Virus record (IMG/VR): IMGVR_UViG_3300035665_000004
Span: 57,947 to 121,946 of that record
Reading direction: 5' to 3' (one strand)
From: a virus
DNA length: 64,000 bases
Position numbers and translations under genes: made by a program. The notes below the pieces were generated by a model. The model saw nothing but the letters and a program-made list of their open reading frames with translations, was not told the origin of the DNA and ran no database searches. Shown piece after piece: positions 29,654 through 40,400 of this stretch. Each line of letters starts with the position of its first letter. Position 1 is the stretch's first letter.

Positions 29654-30307
29654 TTATTTCAATTGATCAACGTAGTTAGATTTTACAATTCTAGCAATGA
29701 TAGATTCATCTTTAATAATTGTAGTTATTTTATTAAGAATTTTGTCATTGTTGATTCTCAAATCTTTACCACTTAACGATTCGACAAATGAATTCATTAA
29801 ATCTTTAATTGGGTATTTTTCTTTCTCAGCATCAGTTTTCGTTGAAAAATCTTCTGCTATATAACCCAATAAGAATTCAACTAATAACTTTGTATCAGCC
29901 AAATCATCTTCAAAATCTTTGAATGTTCTAATTTTTGCTCTAGTGATGAATTTCAATTCCAACTTGTCTATATAATCCTTTGCTAACTCAGATAAAACTG
30001 TTTCTTCCTCAGTTAATGCTCTATTATGTTCTGCAGCTTCCACGGCAATACCATTTGGAAGTACAGGAAGATCTAGTTCCGCTTGAATTTGAGTATATTT
30101 TGTTTTCCCCAATAATTTTAAACCAACCGCAATTGATTTGGAAATTGGGTATAATTTGAATTCTGAAAATTTTACAAATTCATCTAATTGCATTGTACAT
30201 AATTTCCAACCACGATATTCTGCCAACCCAATTTCAATTCCCGTTGGGTTTACACCACCCACCAAAGGAATAATATTTTCTTTATATATTGCGTAAATAA
30301 TTTCCAT
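29654..30307 (-). CDS. Propeller partner / putative fibre chaperone (paralog 1)
   Basis: Paralog of 26910..27554 (DFEDDLADTK). Confidence 0.6.
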   Translation of the reverse strand: MEIIYAIYKENIIPLVGGVNPTGIEIGLAEYRGWKLCTMQLDEFVKFSEFKLYPISKSIAVGLKLLGKTKYTQIQAELDLPVLPNGIAVEAAEHNRALTEEETVLSELAKDYIDKLELKFITRAKIRTFKDFEDDLADTKLLVEFLLGYIAEDFSTKTDAEKEKYPIKDLMNSFVESLSGKDLRINNDKILNKITTIIKDESIIARIVKSNYVDQLK

Positions 30308-30327
30308 TTTTTTGTTCCTTATAATTA

Positions 30328-31962
30328 TTAATTACCAGATACACTTGATGGTCTAGCACTTCTTGTTTGTGCCAATGATCCAAAGAATGTAGAATTGCCT
30401 GGGGTTGAAATAGTAATATATTCCATAGTAGTATTCCATAATGAACCAACTAATACCCCACGAATGCCATTTGATACACCTGCACCATCATAAGCGTTTC
30501 CAGTTAATTTACCAAATTGTTGTGCGTTACTTGTAGTAGCAATTGTAAAATATTCGATGTTATTCCAACCAGCTCTTGAATAACCACCCATAATAACACC
30601 TTTAATCGCATCAGTTACAGGTACACCATGTGCACCATAGTTGTATGTACATGAACCAAAATAAGTTGAATTACCTAATGTTTGGATAGTGATGTACTCT
30701 AATACTGAATCCCAACCATTTCTGGAATATCCACCAAAAACTCCTCTAGTACCAGATGAAACAGCAGTACCCCAATACCCTTGTGCAACAGAACCAAATT
30801 TTGATGCGTTTCCTGGGGTTTCAATTGTAACATAGTTAGATATATTATGGTGGCCGGATGGTCCTGTACTTGTCGCATTATATGCTGGACCAATAACACC
30901 TCTAGTGCCATCGGATACACAAGATGAACCATAGTTTTCATAACCAATAGTACCAAAATTTGTCGCATTACCAGGGGTTGCAATAGTTACATAATCCATT
31001 TTACCATTATTTGCAGTATTATACCCCATCCAACCACCTTGGAATACACCACGCACACCATTTGACATACCACAACCCATATGCGACCTACCATAAGTTA
31101 AATTGCCAAAATTTGATGAATTGGATGTTGTTGGGATACTAATTTTATCAATAGATGCAGATGAATAACCACTTGATGGAGTATAACCCCCTGCAATCAA
31201 ACCAGTATTACCTAAGAATGAGAATTTATTACCACCGATAACCGCAGAATTTTGTTTATCATCCGCTAATTTTCTGAATGTCGAATTGTTTTTCCCAAAT
31301 GTACCAGTTGATTTTTTAATAATTGCTTCACCCGTTTCTTGATGTAAAATAATAGCACCAAGTGGAAATTTTGAAACATCTGTTTCATCAGATGCAACCG
31401 CATACACAAAATTATGAGGTTTGAATGTCAACCCCTTAGATTCATCACCTAATCTAATACCATCCTCTTGTAAATAGATGTTTCTAAATCTATTATTTTC
31501 ACCACCCAATGAAACTGTATCAGTTGTACTTGGTAACATTGGTTGTTGAATTTGTACAGCACCGTTAACATTTATTTCACCTGTAACATTACCGCCAGTT
31601 TTAGATAATTTACCAGTAGTATCAATACCAGCCAAAGTATATTCTCTGATTCCATCAAGAGTTTTACCACTTAATGTGGTTGAATTTGACAACCATGCAG
31701 TATCAGTTTTATAATTTATTTTATCATTTGCTGAATCATACCATACTTGACCGGCTACTTTTCCTGCATCAGTCGAAGCTTTTGGTGGTGCTACATCACC
31801 TGAAAAATTTTCTAACAATTTAACAAAATTGTTATTAATTACAAGCATGTAATCTTCGACACTTTCACCAATTAAAGCAGTATCGAATGTTGAGTTGATG
31901 GTTTTATCACCAACAGTTACAATATTCTGTCCCGCAGTATTCGTTACTGTAATATTAGCCAT
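30328..31962 (-). CDS. Virion-anchored six-blade Kelch-like propeller protein (putative RBP 1)
   Basis: NNFVKLLENFS...GQVWYD anchor and six YVTIATPGNA..FG-type repeats. Ends SGN*, as do both paralogs. Confidence 0.65.
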   Translation of the reverse strand: MANITVTNTAGQNIVTVGDKTINSTFDTALIGESVEDYMLVINNNFVKLLENFSGDVAPPKASTDAGKVAGQVWYDSANDKINYKTDTAWLSNSTTLSGKTLDGIREYTLAGIDTTGKLSKTGGNVTGEINVNGAVQIQQPMLPSTTDTVSLGGENNRFRNIYLQEDGIRLGDESKGLTFKPHNFVYAVASDETDVSKFPLGAIILHQETGEAIIKKSTGTFGKNNSTFRKLADDKQNSAVIGGNKFSFLGNTGLIAGGYTPSSGYSSASIDKISIPTTSNSSNFGNLTYGRSHMGCGMSNGVRGVFQGGWMGYNTANNGKMDYVTIATPGNATNFGTIGYENYGSSCVSDGTRGVIGPAYNATSTGPSGHHNISNYVTIETPGNASKFGSVAQGYWGTAVSSGTRGVFGGYSRNGWDSVLEYITIQTLGNSTYFGSCTYNYGAHGVPVTDAIKGVIMGGYSRAGWNNIEYFTIATTSNAQQFGKLTGNAYDGAGVSNGIRGVLVGSLWNTTMEYITISTPGNSTFFGSLAQTRSARPSSVSGN

Positions 31963-32009
31963 ATTAAATTTCTCCTTAGATTTTCAGATATATTTATTTC
32001 ATTTTTATT

Positions 32010-32017
32010 TATTTATA
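32010..32017 (-). promoter_or_regulatory. T4-type late promoter TATAAATA
   Basis: TATTTATA on the + strand, upstream of the 31962 operon. Confidence 0.7.
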
Positions 32018-32071
32018 ATGGTTGAGTTAATTATTGTAAAATTACATCATCTTAAATAAAAAAGGAAAAAA

Positions 32072-33211
32072 ATGAAAAATTTACTTATTGATTTTGCAAA
32101 TTTAACAGCCATCACTAGATTTGGTATAATGTCAAAAAATGCATCGACTCTACTAATGGAGGATGAAGAATGGGAAAATTACTTTTTAGATGCAATGTTA
32201 GTTTCACTCGCAAATTATATAAATGTTTTGAAAGCAGACAGAGTTATTTTAACAGGTGAAAGTAAATCATGGAGAAAAACATTTTATCCACTATACAAAG
32301 CGAATCGTGATGCAAACAAAGAAGCCGATGAAAAACTAGATTTATTTTATAACGCTGTGAATAAAGCAACTGCGTTTATGGAAGATTTTACCAACGCAAA
32401 AGTTATTAGAACCAGTGGTGCTGAAGGTGATGATATTATTGCAGTATTAACTCAAAAATTTTCAGCGGAAGGTGAAAAAACCGTAATCGTTTCGACCGAT
32501 GGAGATTTTAAACAGTTGCTGCGATTCAAAGGGGTTAGAATTTTTCACCCCATAAAAAAAGCCTATATTACTGAATACTCACATTTAGAATATATCACTA
32601 AAATAATTAAAGGTGATGCAGGTGACAATGTACCAACAACTTATCCAAGAATAAAACCTGAAGTGTTGGAGTCAATCGCATTAGATGAAAAGCATTTGGA
32701 ACATCATTTCGATATTGTTGATAAAACTATTGGCCGTCAAAAATTCTTCATTGCGAAATTTTTAGAAATTGATGAGATTCCATCAGATTTAACAACCGAT
32801 GAATGGGAAGAAGTTATATCGATTGCAAAAGAAAAGAAAACAAAATTGCTCAATGCAATCACACTAGCAAAAAATGATGATACTTATAAAACAAATACTG
32901 AGTTACAAAGAAAAGAAAAACGATTGAAAGATATTATTAAAATGGCTAAAAAAGAAAACATTACGGAACCTAGATTATTTAGTATAATAAATTCATTTAG
33001 AGATGGTTTTCACAGAAACAAAAAATTAATATGTTTGCATATTGACAATATACCTGAACATATTACCAATAATATACTTGATGAATACAACCGAGATCAT
33101 AGTGCGTCAAAACAGTCAGAATTTCTAAAATTTGTTAGAAATCACAAATTAAAAGAATTTGCTTTTGGTTCAGAATGGAATACTTTAAAGGCAATACAAA
33201 AAAATATTTAG
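32072..33211 (+). CDS. rnh: 5'-3' exonuclease / T4 RNase H-like flap nuclease
   Basis: Motifs LLIDFAN, SWRKTFYPLYKANR, EGDDIIAVL, STDGDFKQL and KGDAGDNVP. Confidence 0.88.
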   Translation: MKNLLIDFANLTAITRFGIMSKNASTLLMEDEEWENYFLDAMLVSLANYINVLKADRVILTGESKSWRKTFYPLYKANRDANKEADEKLDLFYNAVNKATAFMEDFTNAKVIRTSGAEGDDIIAVLTQKFSAEGEKTVIVSTDGDFKQLLRFKGVRIFHPIKKAYITEYSHLEYITKIIKGDAGDNVPTTYPRIKPEVLESIALDEKHLEHHFDIVDKTIGRQKFFIAKFLEIDEIPSDLTTDEWEEVISIAKEKKTKLLNAITLAKNDDTYKTNTELQRKEKRLKDIIKMAKKENITEPRLFSIINSFRDGFHRNKKLICLHIDNIPEHITNNILDEYNRDHSASKQSEFLKFVRNHKLKEFAFGSEWNTLKAIQKNI

Positions 33212-33222
33212 GAATATTAATC

Positions 33223-34161
33223 ATGGTAACACCATTTAAAAACAAATTTGTAGTTAATTTTCACCACGCAGATTTTGATGGTGCAATAAGTGGTAGTTGC
33301 GTTAGTGCTGCTTTAGGTATCGACAACGTCATCAGTAAAGCATACAGCATTGCAAAAGTTGGCAATGCTGTCAACAATATTATAGGTGATACCGATTTGG
33401 TATTATTAACCGATATTAGCGTATATAAAGATGATTTATTGAAATTAGTGCCCTATATGAAAAAAAATAAACTTATCATATATGACCACCACATAAACGA
33501 ACATTCTAAAGAAACATTTTCAAAGTTTGAAACCGATACACACAGTATCCTTGATCCAGACTTATGTGGTTCGACTATAACTTGGTATAAATTGAGTGAA
33601 TATTACCCACACAATAGTAAATTACAAGATTTGGAACAAATAGTATATCTTAGTGATGTTTATGATATGTGGAGAACTAACAACCCAGATTTTGAATATG
33701 CCTCAACACTTAATGATTTACTAGATTATAAGATAGGTTATAACCCCGATACCTTCAGAGAAAGATTTTTGAAAAACCCGGATCCCTATAATTTATCATT
33801 CGATGAAAAAATGATCATAGAAAGAAAAAAACTTAAACATTATAGTAATTTGAAAATTATGGAAAAAAACGCTATAATTTTTGATTATAAAAAACATGTT
33901 TTTGTTATGGTAGAAGCAAATGCTACGGATTATACAAAAATGCATTTTATGAATTTGATACTTGAAACTGAAAATGTAGATATGTTTATTTTTAAATATA
34001 CTGGAACAACACAATGTTCAATAAGAATACCCAATAAACAGTCGAAAATTAAAGATTTAAATGATTGGTATGAAGATTTTGGTTGTATTGGTCATGAAAA
34101 AGCCGGAGGAATATCAGTGAATGAATTCCCCCGGTTAAAAAAAGTTTTAGAAAATATCTAA
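33223..34161 (+). CDS. DHH-family phosphoesterase (NrnB/RecJ-like)
   Basis: Motifs HHADFDG, LTD, YDHH and GHEKAGG. Start moved to ATG 33223 (AGGA RBS). Confidence 0.82.
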   Translation: MVTPFKNKFVVNFHHADFDGAISGSCVSAALGIDNVISKAYSIAKVGNAVNNIIGDTDLVLLTDISVYKDDLLKLVPYMKKNKLIIYDHHINEHSKETFSKFETDTHSILDPDLCGSTITWYKLSEYYPHNSKLQDLEQIVYLSDVYDMWRTNNPDFEYASTLNDLLDYKIGYNPDTFRERFLKNPDPYNLSFDEKMIIERKKLKHYSNLKIMEKNAIIFDYKKHVFVMVEANATDYTKMHFMNLILETENVDMFIFKYTGTTQCSIRIPNKQSKIKDLNDWYEDFGCIGHEKAGGISVNEFPRLKKVLENI

Positions 34162-34163
34162 AA

Positions 34164-34388
34164 TTATTTTGATTTCAATAACACTACAGATGCTTCAATA
34201 GCAAGATTCAACATATGTGAAGCATAATCTTCACTAATGCTTTTTGCTGCATCTAACACTTTTTCTCTTTTTTCTGAACCACTAAGAGTTTCATCAGTTG
34301 CAACTGTAGCAACCAACGATTGTATTTTACTGAATACGTCATGTCCAATTATATAACGCATTGTTTGTATCAAAAACCACTGCCACAT
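34164..34388 (-). CDS. Small protein resembling LL-H-type holins
   Basis: 74 aa from ATG 34388 (AAAGGAGA RBS). LSGSEKREK...NLAIEASV pattern with only a weakly hydrophobic N-terminus. Confidence 0.4.
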   Translation of the reverse strand: MWQWFLIQTMRYIIGHDVFSKIQSLVATVATDETLSGSEKREKVLDAAKSISEDYASHMLNLAIEASVVLLKSK

Positions 34389-34415
34389 ATTATTTTCTCC
34401 TTTATATTGAAAATT

Positions 34416-34445
34416 ATCCCTGTGAAAATATAACTTCACAGGGAT
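34416..34445 (-). terminator. Hairpin terminator after the 2404-aa gene
   Basis: ATCCCTGTGAA / TTCACAGGGAT, 11-bp stem. Confidence 0.6.
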
Positions 34446-34452
34446 TTAAAAA

Positions 34453-37400
34453 CTACATAGTTTTTGTTGCCTGAGCACCTAAGATAGCTGTAAGTTGTGT
34501 AACGAGCATAGTTTTAAAATTAACTTTACTATACGCATTAGTTGCAACCGCTTCAACTATTGGTGCACCAGCAGCAGTAGTATAAACCGTAGATTTTTTA
34601 GTTACTAATTCCTGCATCCACTTATCGATTTCAAATGAAGTAACTGTATCTAAACCAGCTAAATAGTTAATACCATCTTTAAACATCGCATCGATTTGTG
34701 TTTTAGTATAATACGTAGGTGTTGTCATACTAATAGAAACATTAAGTCTTGACACCCATTTATTAATATCCGCCGAACTTATTGGATCGATACCATTTGA
34801 CAATTTTAAACCAGCTTTAACAATTTCAAATGCTTCTTCTTTGTTATAAGCACCATTTGTACTAGGTATTGGTCTGAATTCATCCGCTCTTGCTATCGCA
34901 TTACCAGTAGTCATATCGGGTTGTACTGTATATCCCAACGCAGAGAATTTACCTGGATTCACAACATCTTTATTATCAATCCAGTTTTCTAAAGATGTAT
35001 GGAATGCTCCAAGTTCTGTATCATTGATAGCAGTTCCTTTTGTCAAAATATGATCTCTGATTTTACTTAAACCACTAATCAATATCAATTTAGTTTCAAG
35101 TTTAGTGAAATAACCGGTTGCATCACCTTTAATGCTAGATGTTAATGATTTCAATTTTGCTGCCCAATTATCTAAACGCATTTTAGTAATTTCTACAGCA
35201 TTATCCATATTAGATGTAGTCATATACTTAATGTTAGCTTTATAATCGGTTGGGTTCCAACCTAATTGAACATAATGTCCACCATCACTTTCAGAATAAG
35301 CCAAGTCAATTCTATACCAACCAGATACTGCAAAATCATATGAATACGCAGTATCTCTACAGCAATATTTATTTCTAGCAATAATCTCTTTATTGATAAA
35401 CACTGCATGTGGATCATCACCATTCAATTTAACATTGTCAATTTTAAATGGTGTACTAACAAAAATCCATGTGGTATAAATCGCATGGTAATTATGTACG
35501 TTACCCCAAACAGTTGGTCCAGCAATAAATCCAGAGTTGAATTCATTACCCAACACATCAGTGTATGTTTTTGTTAATGAGTTGGTTTTAACATTTTTAG
35601 TTGCAACCGGTGTTCTACCATTTTCTAAGAAATCTTGAACTAATTCAAGGTTTTTAGAACCTAAGAAACCAGCGTATCTAACACCTAACCACTCCCAATT
35701 AGTAACATTATCAGTTCCAACTGGAGGCAATACTCTAGCAGACGATGCTAAAATAAACCCTTCGTAAATCAACTCCAATGTTTCCGCTCTTGAATAGAAC
35801 TCGGCACTAACATCAACACCTAAATTTTTAACAGATAATCTCTTAATCCAACGATCTAATTCAGTTGCAGATAACATAGTTTTACCTGTAACTGTTTTTA
35901 ATACAGTAACTAAGAATTTCATGAATTCCAACTTAGTATATGGTCCTTCCATGTTTTCAACAAACGCAGTAATCATATCAGAGATATATACTTTATTTGG
36001 TCTTTGAAGAACTGCACCTGAAGTATCTTTCAACCCATAACCATTACCAGTTGATGATCTCCAACTATCAAATGCATCATTATCCATATCACCAACGATA
36101 CCATCAATAGTATCAATCAACAAATTTTTACTAATATCTTTAGTAAATACATTTGCAGATAAATCTGCTAAATGGGTATTTGTTGTTTCTAATCCCAATG
36201 TTAATACTGCATCTTGTGCATTCATATCTTTTCTAATTGCTGCCTCAGTTGTAGCAATATGTTTGTACAATAAATTTGCAGTAGTATTGATATAATTAGT
36301 AGTTTGATCGAATTTAATATGTGTTTCTTCAGTTAAATCAACCAATTTTTTATAATTTTTATCAACCGCCAGTTCAAGATCTTCAATTCTTTTTCTTTGA
36401 TCATTTGCATCAATTCTTAAATCGATAATATCCCTAGTGTTGATTTCATCATATAATAACCCATCTGGTCTATAAGTAGTTTTTGATACCATAGAACCAC
36501 CAGCTTTATAATCAATTGAGAATAACCAACGCAACATAACTTTGAATTTGGCTTTTCTATCTCTACCAACAGATGAAGTTTCCAATGTCGCATGACGTTC
36601 ATCAACTAAAGTAAACCCTGTAATGTCATCTGCAAAATTAGGTTTATCTTCAGATACATAGATACCATTAATAAAGAATCCAGTACCATTATCATTGAAT
36701 TCTGGGTGGTAAACACCTTGGTTTCTTCTATTAATAATTGCAACTGGAATAGCATGAACATAACCATTATATGATAAAGGTGTTTTTTCCTCAACTGTAA
36801 ATAATGAATCATCATACAATTTACCTTCTTTATATAATAAAGAATTATGGCTAGATGCAATAATTAGATTACCACCCGCAAAAATTTGAGCAGTTTCTAA
36901 AATAGGTTGACCAGCTTTACCTACACCATCAGCAGTTGTATATGTACCAATTTCTCTGGTTACTATTCTTGATGTAACGGGCGATTTACCTTGGAATCTC
37001 AACCCTTGAGACATGTAATCAGATGTACCTTTGAAATAGTTATTAAATAAGTTAAGAGCAACAACTCTTGTTCTATATCTAACTTGAATTAATGTTTCCC
37101 CACTATAATATAAATTATGGTCGGCATTTCTAAAGATTGTAGTTCTTTCAACATCAGATAACGCAGATAATTTCCAGCCTTTACCCACCGTCGTATCTTC
37201 TACAAATGTACTATTGATATATTTTATCTCATCTGCATCAGCCGCTTCAAATGATGTGCCACCATAATAGTTATATACGATGTCACCTTTTTGGAACATT
37301 TGACAGTATTTCTTAGCACCACCATCAATTACTGTAGATTCGCCAGAAACAGTATCATAAAATACGTGGTCAAATACAGTTGTTGGTACGCCATCAGCAG

Positions 37401-40400
37401 TTGTTCCTTGATATTGTACGTTACCAAATGGGAAAATAAATCCTGTTTCAGAAACATCTTCGTGCCATGTTTCAATGAACACTAAATCTTTTCTTTCCAA
37501 TACTACGATGTCAATCAAATCAAACGCATCATTTCTTCTAACAACAACATTCTGTCCAACAGAATCAATCATTGATAATGTTAATGTTTGACCATCCTGG
37601 ACATAATCATCCCCTTCAGACCAATTAATTTGTTCATGTACAACCTCAAATGGAATTTCTGTACCATCATCATACTCGATATTGAAATCAATAGCAAATG
37701 TTAATTCTCCACCCTGTGATGCAACTCTTGTTGAAGTAAATACGTCTACACCAGAAGATAATAAACGAACAACAACCTCATCAGTTGCTTTAGTATGTAA
37801 AATAGTAAACGTTTTTCCAAATCTATAATAACCAACTTTAGATCCAGTAATATCTTCCCACATATTTAATAAAGGTGTTTCAACACCCGAAATAGTTCTT
37901 GATATAAACTGTACTTTGCCTGTAGTTGGATTTATTCCAGTTTCCACCATAAAATTTCTAGTGTAACTGTATTCATAAATATTTTCACCATCTTCATTAA
38001 GAATAGGTTCGCCAAGTGCATCAACTTTTACTTTTTTCAATACAAACTGATCAACGTTAGTTGCCAATACAGCTTTTATAGTTGTTTTAACTCCTGCAGT
38101 CATAATGTCAGTAATTTCAAAAGCATCAATTGCTGCATCATTAAGAACATGAACTGCCGCAGTAATTATATTAGATTTCGCAACTTGTAAATATTCATTA
38201 ACTTTTGTATCGGATGTGTTTAATACTGATAAACCATCACCTCTACCGCTTGGAACTAAATATGTTAGCGACAAACCATCAGATTTAGATAACAGTTCTG
38301 CTTGACCTGCCCAAATTTTTTCCAATTCAATCCAATATCTGTTTGGTGTTAAATCCAATGCCAGTTTATAATACTGTCTCAAAATCTCTTTTTGTACGTT
38401 TTCTGGTTGACGCAATAAAGATTCTCTGGTAGTTGGTACAAATTTACCATTCACCATTTTACCTTTTGTTGGACCAATGTACTTATAAAATTTAACATTT
38501 GCTTTATCAAAAACAACATCACCATTAGTTAATGTTTTTCCATCTGGTAACAAATCGCCCATAAACCACGTATATTCATGTCCATATAATGCTTGTGGAA
38601 CCACAATATCAAACTTATTTTTAATAATTTCGAATGGTATGGTAACAGTAGGTTGAACTACAGTTGAATTAAAATCAATTTTCAATTCAGCCTGTGGAGC
38701 TTGAATTCTACTCAATACCATAGAATCAGTTATTTGTGCAGTTGTAAGATACAATACATAGTTAGATAAGAAATATTCATCACCATAAATCATCGCAGCA
38801 TCTTCATTTTTTGCAACTGTTTGGATGCCAGTTAAATTTAACAAAAATTTATTTGCTCTATTGTTAGTATAAGTTGACCAATATTTGATATTTTCAAGTA
38901 TTAGAATATATGAGGCTAACGCAGGATTTTTATCTAGCATAAAATTAGCATCATTAATAACAAACATATTCGAACCATTATTCGCAGCGATACGCTCTAT
39001 GCTGTAAGTAGGTTTAGTAATAATAACCATTTCACCAGTTACAGGATTTTGTTCCCACACTCTTCTGATAACTGTAAATCTGATTGTGTCACCTTCAGCA
39101 GCATCAATAATTCTAAAGTTTTGTCCTTTACGTTCATATTCTAATTCATAAACAGTAACATCTTCCCAAAATACGCTAAGTGGGTCAACTATAATTGCTT
39201 TATTATCACCCATTTGTTCATATGCTAATGGTGAACCAGTATATTGGTAATATCTATTATTTTTAGCCTTAACAATATCATGAAAATCTAATTGTTTACC
39301 TGCGGTTAATAACTCACCTTCAGTCCAATCAAAATGATTACCTGTTAAAGGTTCGGGCATAACGATGTCACCAGTATTATTTTTCCAATGGCCAGCAACA
39401 TCATTTGTTAATACAGTTGCTGTATTAGGTGAACCTTTTTTCTCCAATCTTAAAATAATATCTTTTTTACCAACACGTTTAACATAAAGTGTATCACCTT
39501 TTTTAGTATCTTCATTAAATTCTAAATCTTTAGATAATTTCAATACTGCTTCCACATTATAATCAAAATATCTTGCTAATTGTGTGCCATTTCTAGTTAA
39601 AACTACGTTACCTTGAACAAAGTTAAAAGGTACTGAAATAACTAAATTCAATACATCTTCCAACACATTTTCAGTTTCAAACAACGGTGACAATTCAGAA
39701 TATGCTACGGTTACTTCAGTTTCAGTACCATCAGCTGCAATAGTAACCATTTTAGTAGCATCAACAACATAAACTTTGGTACCATCTAATTTTTGGAATA
39801 CTCTGTAACCATCCAAGCTAGTTAACTGAATTTGTTGACTATACTCGTTTTCAACATAAGTTCTTAAATTTTCTGAATCAAAGAAAAATACCAATCCGTT
39901 CGCTTTGTAGAACATTTGATTAGAAACTACAGCTGTATCGGTATTAGTAATTGTCCCAGAAAAAATTTCCTGTACATCTTGTGCGGGTGTATATAATTTT
40001 CCTTCAGAATCGATATAATAAATATCTTTATTTTTCTTTCTATAATACTTAGTACCAACTTTATGATGATAATAAAATTCTTTACCTTTACTATATTTTG
40101 GTGATGATGATAATGGTCCAACCATAACTGCATTTAAAGTTCCATCAACAAAAGTAATAGGACGATAAACGTTTGGTTTGTCACCAGCATTATTAAGTGT
40201 ATTGGTAAACACCCCATTTTTATCTAATACAGTCATGTCATTAGTATCTTGGAACATCACAGTATCAATTCTGTAATAAGCCAATGATTCAGTATTAATG
40301 GTATAAACTGGTGTATCAAGTGCACCATTAGAAATATTATCAGTCACCTGAATTTTACCAGTTGCAGGTATTTCTGAACCAATCGACAAATAAGTTCTAT

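Noticed and set aside
24534-31962. Diversity-generating retroelement acting on the propeller genes
   Set aside because: No reverse transcriptase, and no TR/VR pair differing only at adenines was seen. The paralogs diverge throughout.
2434-34439. ORF-track starts at 2434, 12942, 19813, 33175 and 34439
   Set aside because: Downstream ATGs (2485, 12954, 19801, 33223, 34388) have better RBS or domain context and avoid long overlaps.
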